Part shown: positions 8,441-16,438 of the stretch, piece by piece
Layout of the letters: every line of letters starts with the position of its first letter
Numbering within the stretch: position 1 is the stretch's first letter
From: Gemmatimonadota bacterium
GTDB lineage: Bacteria; Gemmatimonadota; Gemmatimonadetes; Gemmatimonadales; GWC2-71-9
Length of the DNA: 64,000 bases
Direction: 5' to 3'
Assembly: GCA_003246755.1 (NCBI GenBank)
Contig: QKDC01000102.1
Location: forward strand, 32,804 to 96,803
Notes under the pieces: generated by a model
Database searches by the model: none
What the model was told of the DNA's origin: nothing
What the model saw: only the letters and a program-made list of their open reading frames with translations
Made by a program: the position numbers and the translations under genes

Positions 8441-10141
8441 ATGGACCGTCGAGTGATTGCGGCAATCGTGTTGATGATGGCGATCGCCATGCTCCCAGCA
8501 GTGATCTTCAAGCGACCTCCCCCTCCTCCCGTGGAGGTGGACAGCGCCCTGGCGATCTCGTCGCCGCGCGTCGACACGCCGCAAACCACCAAGGCACCGA
8601 CCCCGGCCGCGCTCGAGCCGGCACCTCTGGCGGAAGAAACCCCGGTCGTCGTCCCAGTCACCCCCGAGCGCGTAGTGCAAATCCACACACCACTCGCCAC
8701 CTACGGGGTGAGCACCCGTGGTGGACGGTTGGTGGAGGCGACGCTCAGAGAATACCACTCCATGGTCGCGGGGGAGACGAGTGAGGCCGCCCAGATCCTA
8801 CCGACCGGGAGCGACCTTCTGGGGCTTCGTCTGGTGGTCGGACCCGACACCGTGTCGCTGAGAGACTGGGACTTCACACCCTCGTCCGGCACCCTCACGA
8901 TCAGCCAACCCACCCCCCTGACCCTCACGGCGCGTCAGGGACGAGTCAACGTGGCGCTGACGTATCGCTTTGAACCTGACCACTACCGTCTCGAGGTGGA
9001 TGGACGCATCGAGGGCTTGGGCCCCAATGGGGGCACGCTCCTCATCGGCATGGGGCCTGGGCTGCGCAACACCGAGTCCGACTCGGCCGAACACCTCCGG
9101 GAACTCGCGGTGGTGACCAAGGCCCAAGGGACCTCGAAGACCAGCTTTGGGAAGTTCGAGGAAGATGCCCCCACCGACCTGAGCGGCCCGTTCGAGTGGG
9201 TCGCGGTCAAGTCCAAGTATTTCGTGACGGCGGTCTTCGCCCTCGACACCGTCCCCGGTGGGACAGCTGGTCGGATTGCAGGCGTTCGGGCGCGTCGATT
9301 GGGGTCCACCCGATCCCAGGCCGAAATCCAAACCAGCCTCCCGATCACGGCGGATGGCCAGATTCACTACAGCGTGTACGCTGGCCCTATGGAGTATCCG
9401 CGCCTCAAAGCTGTCGGCCATGAGTTCGACGACGTGAACCCGTATGGTTGGCCGGGGTTCCGCACCATCATCCGACCGGTGGCCGTCGCAGGTCGATGGC
9501 TGCTGGTGTTCATGCACGATCGGCTGGGCATCTCGTATGGCGTGGCGCTCATTCTGTTCGGGATCCTGATTCGCCTGGCCCTCTGGCCGCTCAATCAGAA
9601 GGCAATGCGGTCGAGCATGGCAATGCAGGCCGTGCAGCCCCTGATCAAGGACGTTCAGACGCGATTCAAGGACGACCCGCAGCGGCTCCAGCAAGAGACC
9701 TTCAAGCTGTACAAGGAGCACGGCGTCAATCCCCTCGGTGGCTGTTGGCCCATGCTCATCCCGATGCCGATCCTCCTGGCTCTCTTCTTCGTGTTCATGA
9801 ACACCATCGAGTTGAGGGGCGCGCCGTTCCTTTGGCTCAATGACTTGTCCCGTCCCGATCCACTGTACATCATCCCGGTGATGATGGGTGTCTCGATGTT
9901 TGCGGTCTCCAAGATTGGTCAGATGGGAATGCCGCCGAATCCGCAGGCGAAGATGATGCTCTACGTCATGCCGGTGATGATGATGGTGTTGTTTCTCAGG
10001 TTCGCGTCGGGTCTCAATCTGTATTACGCGGTTCAGAACATCGCCAGCCTTCCGCAACAATGGCTCATCGCGAAGGAGCGGATGAAGTTGAACCCCAAGG
10101 CGCCCCCTCCGAAGGACCAGGCCAAGAAGAAGAAGAAATAG
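8441..10141 (+). CDS. yidC: Membrane protein insertase YidC
   Basis: 566 aa with a large periplasmic domain and a conserved C-terminal 60-kDa insertase core (LALWPLNQKAMRS..KLYKEHGVNPLGGCWPMLIPMPIL) and a lysine-rich tail. Confidence 0.96.
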   Translation: MDRRVIAAIVLMMAIAMLPAVIFKRPPPPPVEVDSALAISSPRVDTPQTTKAPTPAALEPAPLAEETPVVVPVTPERVVQIHTPLATYGVSTRGGRLVEATLREYHSMVAGETSEAAQILPTGSDLLGLRLVVGPDTVSLRDWDFTPSSGTLTISQPTPLTLTARQGRVNVALTYRFEPDHYRLEVDGRIEGLGPNGGTLLIGMGPGLRNTESDSAEHLRELAVVTKAQGTSKTSFGKFEEDAPTDLSGPFEWVAVKSKYFVTAVFALDTVPGGTAGRIAGVRARRLGSTRSQAEIQTSLPITADGQIHYSVYAGPMEYPRLKAVGHEFDDVNPYGWPGFRTIIRPVAVAGRWLLVFMHDRLGISYGVALILFGILIRLALWPLNQKAMRSSMAMQAVQPLIKDVQTRFKDDPQRLQQETFKLYKEHGVNPLGGCWPMLIPMPILLALFFVFMNTIELRGAPFLWLNDLSRPDPLYIIPVMMGVSMFAVSKIGQMGMPPNPQAKMMLYVMPVMMMVLFLRFASGLNLYYAVQNIASLPQQWLIAKERMKLNPKAPPPKDQAKKKKK

Positions 10142-10148
10142 GCGCGCC

Positions 10149-11477
10149 ATGTTGACGGACCCCATCGCTGCCCTTGCGACGCCGCCTGGCCGGGCGGCGC
10201 TCGCGGTGGTTCGGTTGAGTGGGGACGGTGCTTTTGAGGTGGCGAAGAAGGTCATTGTTGGGTTCAGGGCCAAGCCCCCCCGCACGGCACGATTGGCGGC
10301 CTTTCTCGCTGTCGACGGCACTCCCATCGACCGGGGGCTCTACCTCTCTTTCCCCGGGCCCGCGAGCTACACGGGTGAGGACATGGTCGAACTCACCTGT
10401 CACGGCGGGGTCCTCACCGCCGCGAGGCTACTCGCGGCACTCCAGGCCGCAGGGGCACGGCCCGCGGCGCCCGGGGAATTCACCAGGCGAGCCGTTCTCA
10501 ACGGGAAAATGGACCTGGTCCAGGCCGAAGGGGTCGCCGACCTGGTCGACGCGACCGCCCAGATACAGGCGCGACGCGCACTCCACCAGCTCGAAGGTGG
10601 CCTCTCGTGCCGGCTCACCGCCCTCCGGGAACAACTCCTCGGTCTCCTCGCATCGTTGAGCTACGAGGTGGACTTTCCTGAAGAAGATGACGGCCCAATC
10701 GAACGAAGTGCGCTGGTGGGCGAACTCGATACACTCCTCGCTGCGGTGGAGCGACTCCTTGCTTCGGCACCCATTGGTGAACGGATTCGGGAAGGGGCCC
10801 TCGTCGTCTTTGCCGGACGCCCGAACGCGGGGAAGTCTTCGCTCTTCAATGCCCTTCTCGGTAGCGAACGCGCCCTGGTGACGGAACTCCCCGGTACCAC
10901 GCGCGATACCATCGAAGCCTCAGTAGACCTCGAGGGCTGGCCGGTCCGCCTTGCCGATACCGCCGGCCTCTGGGAGGCTCCGGATCGCCTCGACCAACTC
11001 GGCATCGCCGTGAGCCGTCGCTATCTCGACGCAGCGGACCTCGTTCTCCTCTGCGTGGAGGTGGGGCTCGAACTGGAACCCGATGAGATGCGGATACTCG
11101 AGCACCATCCCTCGTTCCTGGTGCGAACCAAGGTCGATCTCGCCGGCTCGAGGGGCCAGGGGATCGGCGTATCCATCCTCACCGGGGAAGGACTCGATGA
11201 ACTGAAGCGCCGGCTGGTGGACCGACTGTTTGCCGACGGGAGTGGAGGGTATCCCGACCTCGAGCCGATGCTCACCAGGGAGCGGCACCTGGTCGCCCTC
11301 GATCGGGCACGGGACGCGCTCCGTGAGGCCCGCCCGCACCTTGTGCAGAACGGTGACGCGGTGCTGGCCGCTCATCACGTTCGGGTGGCGGTGTCCGCCC
11401 TCGACGAATTGGTGGGTGTCGTCGACACCGACGAGGTCTTCGAACGCGTGTTCCGACGCTTTTGCGTCGGGAAGTGA
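10149..11477 (+). CDS. mnmE: tRNA modification GTPase MnmE
   Basis: N-terminal DPIAALATPPGRAALAVVRLSG, G-domain GRPNAGKSSLFNAL..DTAG, and the C-terminal CVGK motif. Confidence 0.95.
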   Translation: MLTDPIAALATPPGRAALAVVRLSGDGAFEVAKKVIVGFRAKPPRTARLAAFLAVDGTPIDRGLYLSFPGPASYTGEDMVELTCHGGVLTAARLLAALQAAGARPAAPGEFTRRAVLNGKMDLVQAEGVADLVDATAQIQARRALHQLEGGLSCRLTALREQLLGLLASLSYEVDFPEEDDGPIERSALVGELDTLLAAVERLLASAPIGERIREGALVVFAGRPNAGKSSLFNALLGSERALVTELPGTTRDTIEASVDLEGWPVRLADTAGLWEAPDRLDQLGIAVSRRYLDAADLVLLCVEVGLELEPDEMRILEHHPSFLVRTKVDLAGSRGQGIGVSILTGEGLDELKRRLVDRLFADGSGGYPDLEPMLTRERHLVALDRARDALREARPHLVQNGDAVLAAHHVRVAVSALDELVGVVDTDEVFERVFRRFCVGK

Positions 11478-11485
11478 TGGGGTCC

Positions 11486-11731
11486 CTAGTCAGTTACTGG
11501 GGGAGCTGCCGTGGTAGGTGGTGGTGGGCACCGCTTGTGGGAAGCGTCGCAGAACGGTTTGCTTTCGGAAAACCCGCACGAGCAGAGCTTGATCACTCCA
11601 GGGGTCTTTCCGACGGGCGGCACGATCTCCGTTCCATCCGGCTGGACCAAGGTGACCGGTCCGCGAACCAGAAAAGGACCGACGGGTCGAATGGTGATGG
11701 TGACGGAGGTGGTGTCGCCTTCTTCGCTCAT
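11486..11731 (-). CDS. CDGSH-type iron-sulfur domain protein
   Basis: CSCGFSESKPFCDASH matches C-x-C-x2-S-x3-P-x-C-D-(G/A)-S-H. The start overlaps the upstream gene stop (ATGA). Confidence 0.75.
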   Translation of the reverse strand: MSEEGDTTSVTITIRPVGPFLVRGPVTLVQPDGTEIVPPVGKTPGVIKLCSCGFSESKPFCDASHKRCPPPPTTAAPPVTD

Positions 11732-12672
11732 GCACTCCTCATTCCCAAGGCCGCCTGCTCGGCGGCGTCAAAGTCACGAACCGGGGCCCGCAAGGCCCTG
11801 GCGATGCCCTCATCCTGCACCAGGGCCTCCGCCATCCGGTGGCCAAGGTAGTAGCCACATCGTTCGGGCATCACCTTTCCCTGAACCAGCCGCGTGGTGG
11901 GGCTGACCCCACCGGTCAGGTAGCGCAATCGGAGCCCCAGCCCGGCCTGATCGAGATCTGGGGCGACCGCACGAAGGAGAAACGCCTCCAGTTCCCGGAT
12001 CCGGGCATATTGACGCCGGGGATATCCGAAATAGTCAGCCGCGGCGAAGCCTGGTGCCACGGCTTGGGCGGCGTGAACCGCGAGACCCTCGTTGAGAAGG
12101 AGTTCGCGCAACGGTGCACGGCTTCCGATGTTCCAGTAGTCGTAGTACCCGCCTGCCCCCTCCACCAGTTGTCGGAGCCCACTTTCACTCCGGGGAGAGG
12201 TGTACCGGACACAGTGGGCGATCTCATGTGCGATCCAGAGCGGGATCAGCGCGGGAGCGAGCCCCATCCCCCAGGTGGAGGGGTTGGCCCGTCCGGTGAA
12301 GTGCTCCACACAGACGAAGGCGACCCCACGTCCCGCGATGACGAGTTCGCCGGCGTTGGCTGCTCCAACCCCGACCATCAAGACCACGTCCACCGGACAA
12401 TCCACGCCGAGCCTATCCTCCGCGATGGTCACCGCTTCTGTGGCCATGCCGACGAGATCGACCTTCGCGAGCATTCTTCTCAAGTCACTTCGGTCCGCTC
12501 GAAGTGTCGTCGCGACGACCTCGGCAGCGTGGGGGCCGTGTGGGTCCAACACGTAGTTCCGCCAGTAGGCAGTTAGTGTCGGCTTGTGTGAATCGAAGTA
12601 GGTCTGATAGGCCGACTCTGGGTCAGCCGCATCAAGGACGGAAAAAAACTCGGGGACGAGATTGTGGAGCAC
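11728..12672 (-). CDS. Putative Zn-metalloprotease-like protein (HExxH; DUF2268-like)
   Basis: 314 aa with a single HExxH (AHEIAHCVRY). The family assignment is from memory of DUF2268-type proteins and is not verified. Confidence 0.5.
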   Translation of the reverse strand: MLHNLVPEFFSVLDAADPESAYQTYFDSHKPTLTAYWRNYVLDPHGPHAAEVVATTLRADRSDLRRMLAKVDLVGMATEAVTIAEDRLGVDCPVDVVLMVGVGAANAGELVIAGRGVAFVCVEHFTGRANPSTWGMGLAPALIPLWIAHEIAHCVRYTSPRSESGLRQLVEGAGGYYDYWNIGSRAPLRELLLNEGLAVHAAQAVAPGFAAADYFGYPRRQYARIRELEAFLLRAVAPDLDQAGLGLRLRYLTGGVSPTTRLVQGKVMPERCGYYLGHRMAEALVQDEGIARALRAPVRDFDAAEQAALGMRSA

Positions 12673-12715
12673 GCGGCACGATAAGAAAGCTGCGCGCTCA
12701 ACGCAAGGACATCAA

Positions 12716-13633
12716 TCACGAATCGCCATCACCGCGACGTTTACGTTCCGAATACTCCGCCAGAGAAGCGCGTTCATCGTCGGTCAGGCTTCCGAGACCC
12801 CCGGCACTGATCTTGTCCAGCAAACGATCGATGAGGTCAGTGCTCGAGGGGAGAGGAGGCTCAAGGGATTCCGGCTCGGGAGCAGAGGACTCCGAAAGAT
12901 TGGAACCGTGATCGTGTTCGGCGCGTGCGCGCGTCAGGACGACATGCCGAATCGGCAAGGGCCTGACGGCTCGCGGCTGATGACCTACTGACCAGAGCCG
13001 CCAAAACAGGTAACCCGCGAAGAGCCCACCGACATGGGGGAGGGCCACCGCCGGAACCGGCAAGGCGACACTCGCCGTCAGGACACCGGCGGTGAGCCCA
13101 GCGAGCAGCAGGAGTACCGGGAGTCGTTCCGGGGTGATCCCAGGCGTGTCGTGGGCGCCAATCCATGAGCGTGCAAGGAGGATTCCCAAGACAGGCGCGA
13201 GCGCCCCACCCATGGGTGGGGTGGTGAAGAGCCCAGACAAGACAAGCCCTGCCGCGGCTCCACCGACGGTGCAATAGAGGTAGTACAAGAGAAAACGTCG
13301 CGACCCGAGGTGGTTGGCGACGGCAGGCCCCGTCAGGGAGAGCAGGGCCATGAGGATGGTCACGTGGACGAACCCATCGTGCACCAGCGGATAGGTAACC
13401 AGGGACCATGGCCTCGCCAGAACGGTTGCCGATTCGAAACGAAGTATGGCCCGGATGTCCGGAGCGGTGAACACCGTTGCGAGGCCCACCCAGACCGCGA
13501 GATGAACCACGACCAGGCGTTTGACGAGCACGACTGGGGACACGGGCGCGCGGGGGAGAACGCTGCGGTGCGGACGAGGAAGACGCTGGCTCACACTACG
13601 AAGTCCTTCGGGCGACAGAACTGATCTGCTCAC
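12716..13633 (-). CDS. Rhomboid-family membrane protein, possibly catalytically inactive
   Basis: Rhomboid topology and motifs (TYPLVHDGFVHV, PHVGGLFAGY). No Ser where the GxSG catalytic motif is expected (MGGALAPVLG). A GTG at 13594 is an alternative start that avoids overlap with ddl. Confidence 0.7.
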   Translation of the reverse strand: MSRSVLSPEGLRSVSQRLPRPHRSVLPRAPVSPVVLVKRLVVVHLAVWVGLATVFTAPDIRAILRFESATVLARPWSLVTYPLVHDGFVHVTILMALLSLTGPAVANHLGSRRFLLYYLYCTVGGAAAGLVLSGLFTTPPMGGALAPVLGILLARSWIGAHDTPGITPERLPVLLLLAGLTAGVLTASVALPVPAVALPHVGGLFAGYLFWRLWSVGHQPRAVRPLPIRHVVLTRARAEHDHGSNLSESSAPEPESLEPPLPSSTDLIDRLLDKISAGGLGSLTDDERASLAEYSERKRRGDGDS

Positions 13634-14612
13634 AGAGCTCTTCGAACTCGATACCGCTTGCGCGCGCCGACTTGGGCAGGAGGCTGGCCGCGGTGAGTCC
13701 GGGGAGCGTGTTCACCTCCAAACAAGAAGGATACCCCTCCGCCGTCAAGCGAAAGTCCACGCGTGAGTAGCCGCCGAGCTTGAGCGCGGCATGCGCGGCC
13801 TGGGCCAGGCGGCGGCACTCGGTGGTGATGTCGGGACCGATGTCGGCTGGGAAGATCTCCTGCGCCATTCCCGGCTGGTACTTGCACTCGTAGTCGAAAA
13901 TCTCGTGCGCCGGAACGATCTCACCCACCGTCAGGGCTTCACCATCCAACACGCCCACGGTGAGCTCACGGCCTGGGAGGTAGGCCTCCACCAGTACCTC
14001 GTCGTCGAATTGCTCGGCCAAACGGACGGCATCCGCATACGCCTGGGGACTCTTCACCAACGAAAGACCGACGGTACTCCCCTGTTTCGACGGTTTGACG
14101 ATCAGCGGCCATCCGAAACGGTCGCCGGCGTCCTCAACCGGGAGGCGTTCCATCGTCCAATCAGGTGTTGGAACATCGGCGAGCTGGAAGATGCGCTTAC
14201 TGAGATCCTTGTCCATCGCCAGGCCCGACGCCAAGGCACCCGAACCCGTATAGGGGAGACCGATCACGTCGAGGATTGCCTGTATAGTGCCGTCTTCACC
14301 GCGACCGCCATGGAGAGCGAGAAAGAGGACTTCGGCCTGCTCCACGGCGCGGCCCAACCCGGCAAGGAGGAACTCTCGTTCTCGAGTGTCGAGGGATTCG
14401 ATGGAAGGGGGGTGCGTCCCCACGCCCGCCTTCAAGAGGAAGTGCTCTTCGGGGGCGGCGACCTTTCCCGCTGCGATGTCCACCACATCGACCTGATGTC
14501 CAAGAGAGCGCAACGCGGCCAGGACCTGGGACGCGGAGGCCAGAGCGACGTCTCTCTCGGTGGACGCACCTCCCGTCAGGAGACCGACGCGTGTGACGGA
14601 ATGTGTCGGCAT
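13596..14612 (-). CDS. ddl: D-alanine--D-alanine ligase
   Basis: The track ORF runs to 15050 but overlaps the CBS gene. The in-frame ATG at 14612 gives MPTHSVTRVGLLTGGASTERDVAL.., a typical Ddl N-terminus, and an ATP-grasp core follows. Confidence 0.92.
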   Translation of the reverse strand: MPTHSVTRVGLLTGGASTERDVALASASQVLAALRSLGHQVDVVDIAAGKVAAPEEHFLLKAGVGTHPPSIESLDTREREFLLAGLGRAVEQAEVLFLALHGGRGEDGTIQAILDVIGLPYTGSGALASGLAMDKDLSKRIFQLADVPTPDWTMERLPVEDAGDRFGWPLIVKPSKQGSTVGLSLVKSPQAYADAVRLAEQFDDEVLVEAYLPGRELTVGVLDGEALTVGEIVPAHEIFDYECKYQPGMAQEIFPADIGPDITTECRRLAQAAHAALKLGGYSRVDFRLTAEGYPSCLEVNTLPGLTAASLLPKSARASGIEFEELCEQISSVARRTS

Positions 14613-14623
14613 GGTGCGGCGAA

Positions 14624-16012
14624 TCACCGCGCCCCAATCATTTGTTCCAGGACGTCGAAGCGGCTCACGATGCCGATGAGTTCCGACCCTTTTCGAACCA
14701 GCGCCGCCGGACTTTCCCTCGTGAGTAACGGAGCGAGACGATCGGATGGCAAGGAGGCGTCGACAACGGGCAGAGGTTCGTCCATGATCTCTCGCACTGG
14801 CCGCTCCAGCAATGCGGGTTGGGAAAGGGCTTGAGCCATCAACGGGCCGTCCACCAGGCTCCCGACACACTGCCCGTCCTCGAGGACGGGCAGTTGGCTC
14901 ACATTCCAAGTACGCATCAGGTTGAGGGCCTGACGAACGGCTGCCGCAGGAGCTACCGAAACCAGCGCCGGAGCGGCGGTCTTTCGGCGGGTCAGCAGTT
15001 CTTCGACGGTGATCCGTACCCCATCGAGCATCTGGTTTTCCTGCATCCACTCGTCATTGAACAACTTCGAGAGGTATCGTTCTCCGGTGTCGGCGAGAAT
15101 CGTGACCACCAGAGCCTCCGGGTCGTCCACCTCTCGAGCGACAGCAAGGGCCAGGGTCACATTGAGCCCGCTGGACCCTCCGACGAACATGCCCTCTTCT
15201 CTGGCCAGTCGGCGCGCCATCGTGAAGGCATCTCGGTCGGGAACTTGTCTGAACTCGTCCACGAAGTCCCACCAGATCGTGGTAGGGATCTTGTCGCCAC
15301 CGATCCCCTCGACCTTGTACGGCGCCCCCTCTCCCATGGTCTTGGTCTTGGCATATTCGGTATAGAGCGACCCCTCTGGATCTCCCGCGAAGACTCGGAT
15401 GTTGGCATTCTGCTCCTTGAGGAACTTGCCTACGCCGCTCACCGTTCCGCCGGTTCCAGCGCCCGCAATGAAGTGTGTGACCCGTCCTTCCGTTTGCTCC
15501 CAGATTTCGGGGCCGGTCGTTCGATAGTGTGCTTCGGGGTTCTCCTGATTGTAGAACTGGTTCGCCAACACTGCTCCCGGAGTATCCACCACGATTTGCT
15601 TGGCCTTCTTGACGTAGTTCTCGGGGTGGTCCGGCGGCACGGCCGTTGGCGTGATTACCACTTCGGCTCCGTACGCTTTGAGCAGACGGACCTTTTCCTG
15701 TGACATCTTGTCCGGCAGGGTGAAGATGCAGCGATAACCTCGGAGCGCTGCGGCGATCGCGAGCCCCACGCCGGTATTGCCGGAAGTGCCCTCGACGATC
15801 GTGCCCCCGGGCTGCAACTCTCCGGATCGTTCCGCGGCTTCGATAATGGCCAAGCCGATCCGGTCTTTGACCGATCCACCCGGGTTGGTGTACTCCGCTT
15901 TGACGTACACCGGGGTTCGCAACCCGGCCGTCACCCGGGTCAATCGAATGAGCGGAGTCCACCCGACGGTATCGAGAACACTCTCATAGGGACGCTGATG
16001 GGGTGGGGTCAT
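14624..16012 (-). CDS. Cystathionine beta-synthase (PLP fold type II plus C-terminal CBS pair)
   Basis: YTNPGGSVKDRIGL (PLP lysine motif), GTSGNTGVGLA, and C-terminal tandem CBS-domain-like region. Confidence 0.88.
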   Translation of the reverse strand: MTPPHQRPYESVLDTVGWTPLIRLTRVTAGLRTPVYVKAEYTNPGGSVKDRIGLAIIEAAERSGELQPGGTIVEGTSGNTGVGLAIAAALRGYRCIFTLPDKMSQEKVRLLKAYGAEVVITPTAVPPDHPENYVKKAKQIVVDTPGAVLANQFYNQENPEAHYRTTGPEIWEQTEGRVTHFIAGAGTGGTVSGVGKFLKEQNANIRVFAGDPEGSLYTEYAKTKTMGEGAPYKVEGIGGDKIPTTIWWDFVDEFRQVPDRDAFTMARRLAREEGMFVGGSSGLNVTLALAVAREVDDPEALVVTILADTGERYLSKLFNDEWMQENQMLDGVRITVEELLTRRKTAAPALVSVAPAAAVRQALNLMRTWNVSQLPVLEDGQCVGSLVDGPLMAQALSQPALLERPVREIMDEPLPVVDASLPSDRLAPLLTRESPAALVRKGSELIGIVSRFDVLEQMIGAR

Positions 16013-16434
16013 GGGTTCTCCGTCCCACCGGGATGCCGGAAGTGAATGGGTTGGCGAAATGGCGCTGCCACGGGTTGTCCGCCACGGAGTGCGGGCGCAT
16101 AGCGGAGAAGGGGGACCGCCGCCAGCGCTGCAGAATCGAGGTCGGCGTATCCACTGGATTCCTCAATGGCCGTCGAGTCGGGAACCACGGCCCCAGACTC
16201 GGTGACATAGAGCCGGAGAACCACCGTGCCGCTGACCCCGTTGGCGTAGGATTCCGGAGGAAAGGCCACAGGGGGGTTGGCGTCGAGGGGAACAGGAGGT
16301 GAGTCCTTCTCCGTCTCCACGGCAACGGGTGTCGTCGCCGGGGCCGGCTCCTCGTTGCAACCGCCGACGGCGAGCGTCAGTGAAACCAGGAATGCCAAAG
16401 ACGGGTGGGTGCGAGTAGTGGTCATCTGAAGCAA
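16009..16434 (-). CDS. TonB C-terminal domain lipoprotein
   Basis: Lipobox LAVGGC. The C-terminal segment GVSGTVVLRLYVTESGAV..YAPALRGGQPVA is a TonB_C fold signature. The stop overlaps the CBS start (ATGA). Confidence 0.7.
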   Translation of the reverse strand: MLQMTTTRTHPSLAFLVSLTLAVGGCNEEPAPATTPVAVETEKDSPPVPLDANPPVAFPPESYANGVSGTVVLRLYVTESGAVVPDSTAIEESSGYADLDSAALAAVPLLRYAPALRGGQPVAAPFRQPIHFRHPGGTENP

Positions 16435-16438
16435 AGTA

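Noticed and set aside
8798-10327. 509-aa ORF antisense to yidC/mnmE
   Set aside because: It lies opposite genes with unmistakable conserved sequence. Its composition is Arg/Gly/His-rich and low-complexity, typical of GC-rich antisense frames lacking stops.
13596-15050. N-terminal extensions of ddl (to 15050), mutS (to 19234), beta-CASP (to 28186), NUDIX (to 21586), photolyase (to 47134) and the carH-like gene (to 50320)
   Set aside because: The extensions overlap neighbouring genes or promoter elements and are Arg/Pro-rich and non-conserved-looking. Internal ATGs reproduce canonical family N-termini.
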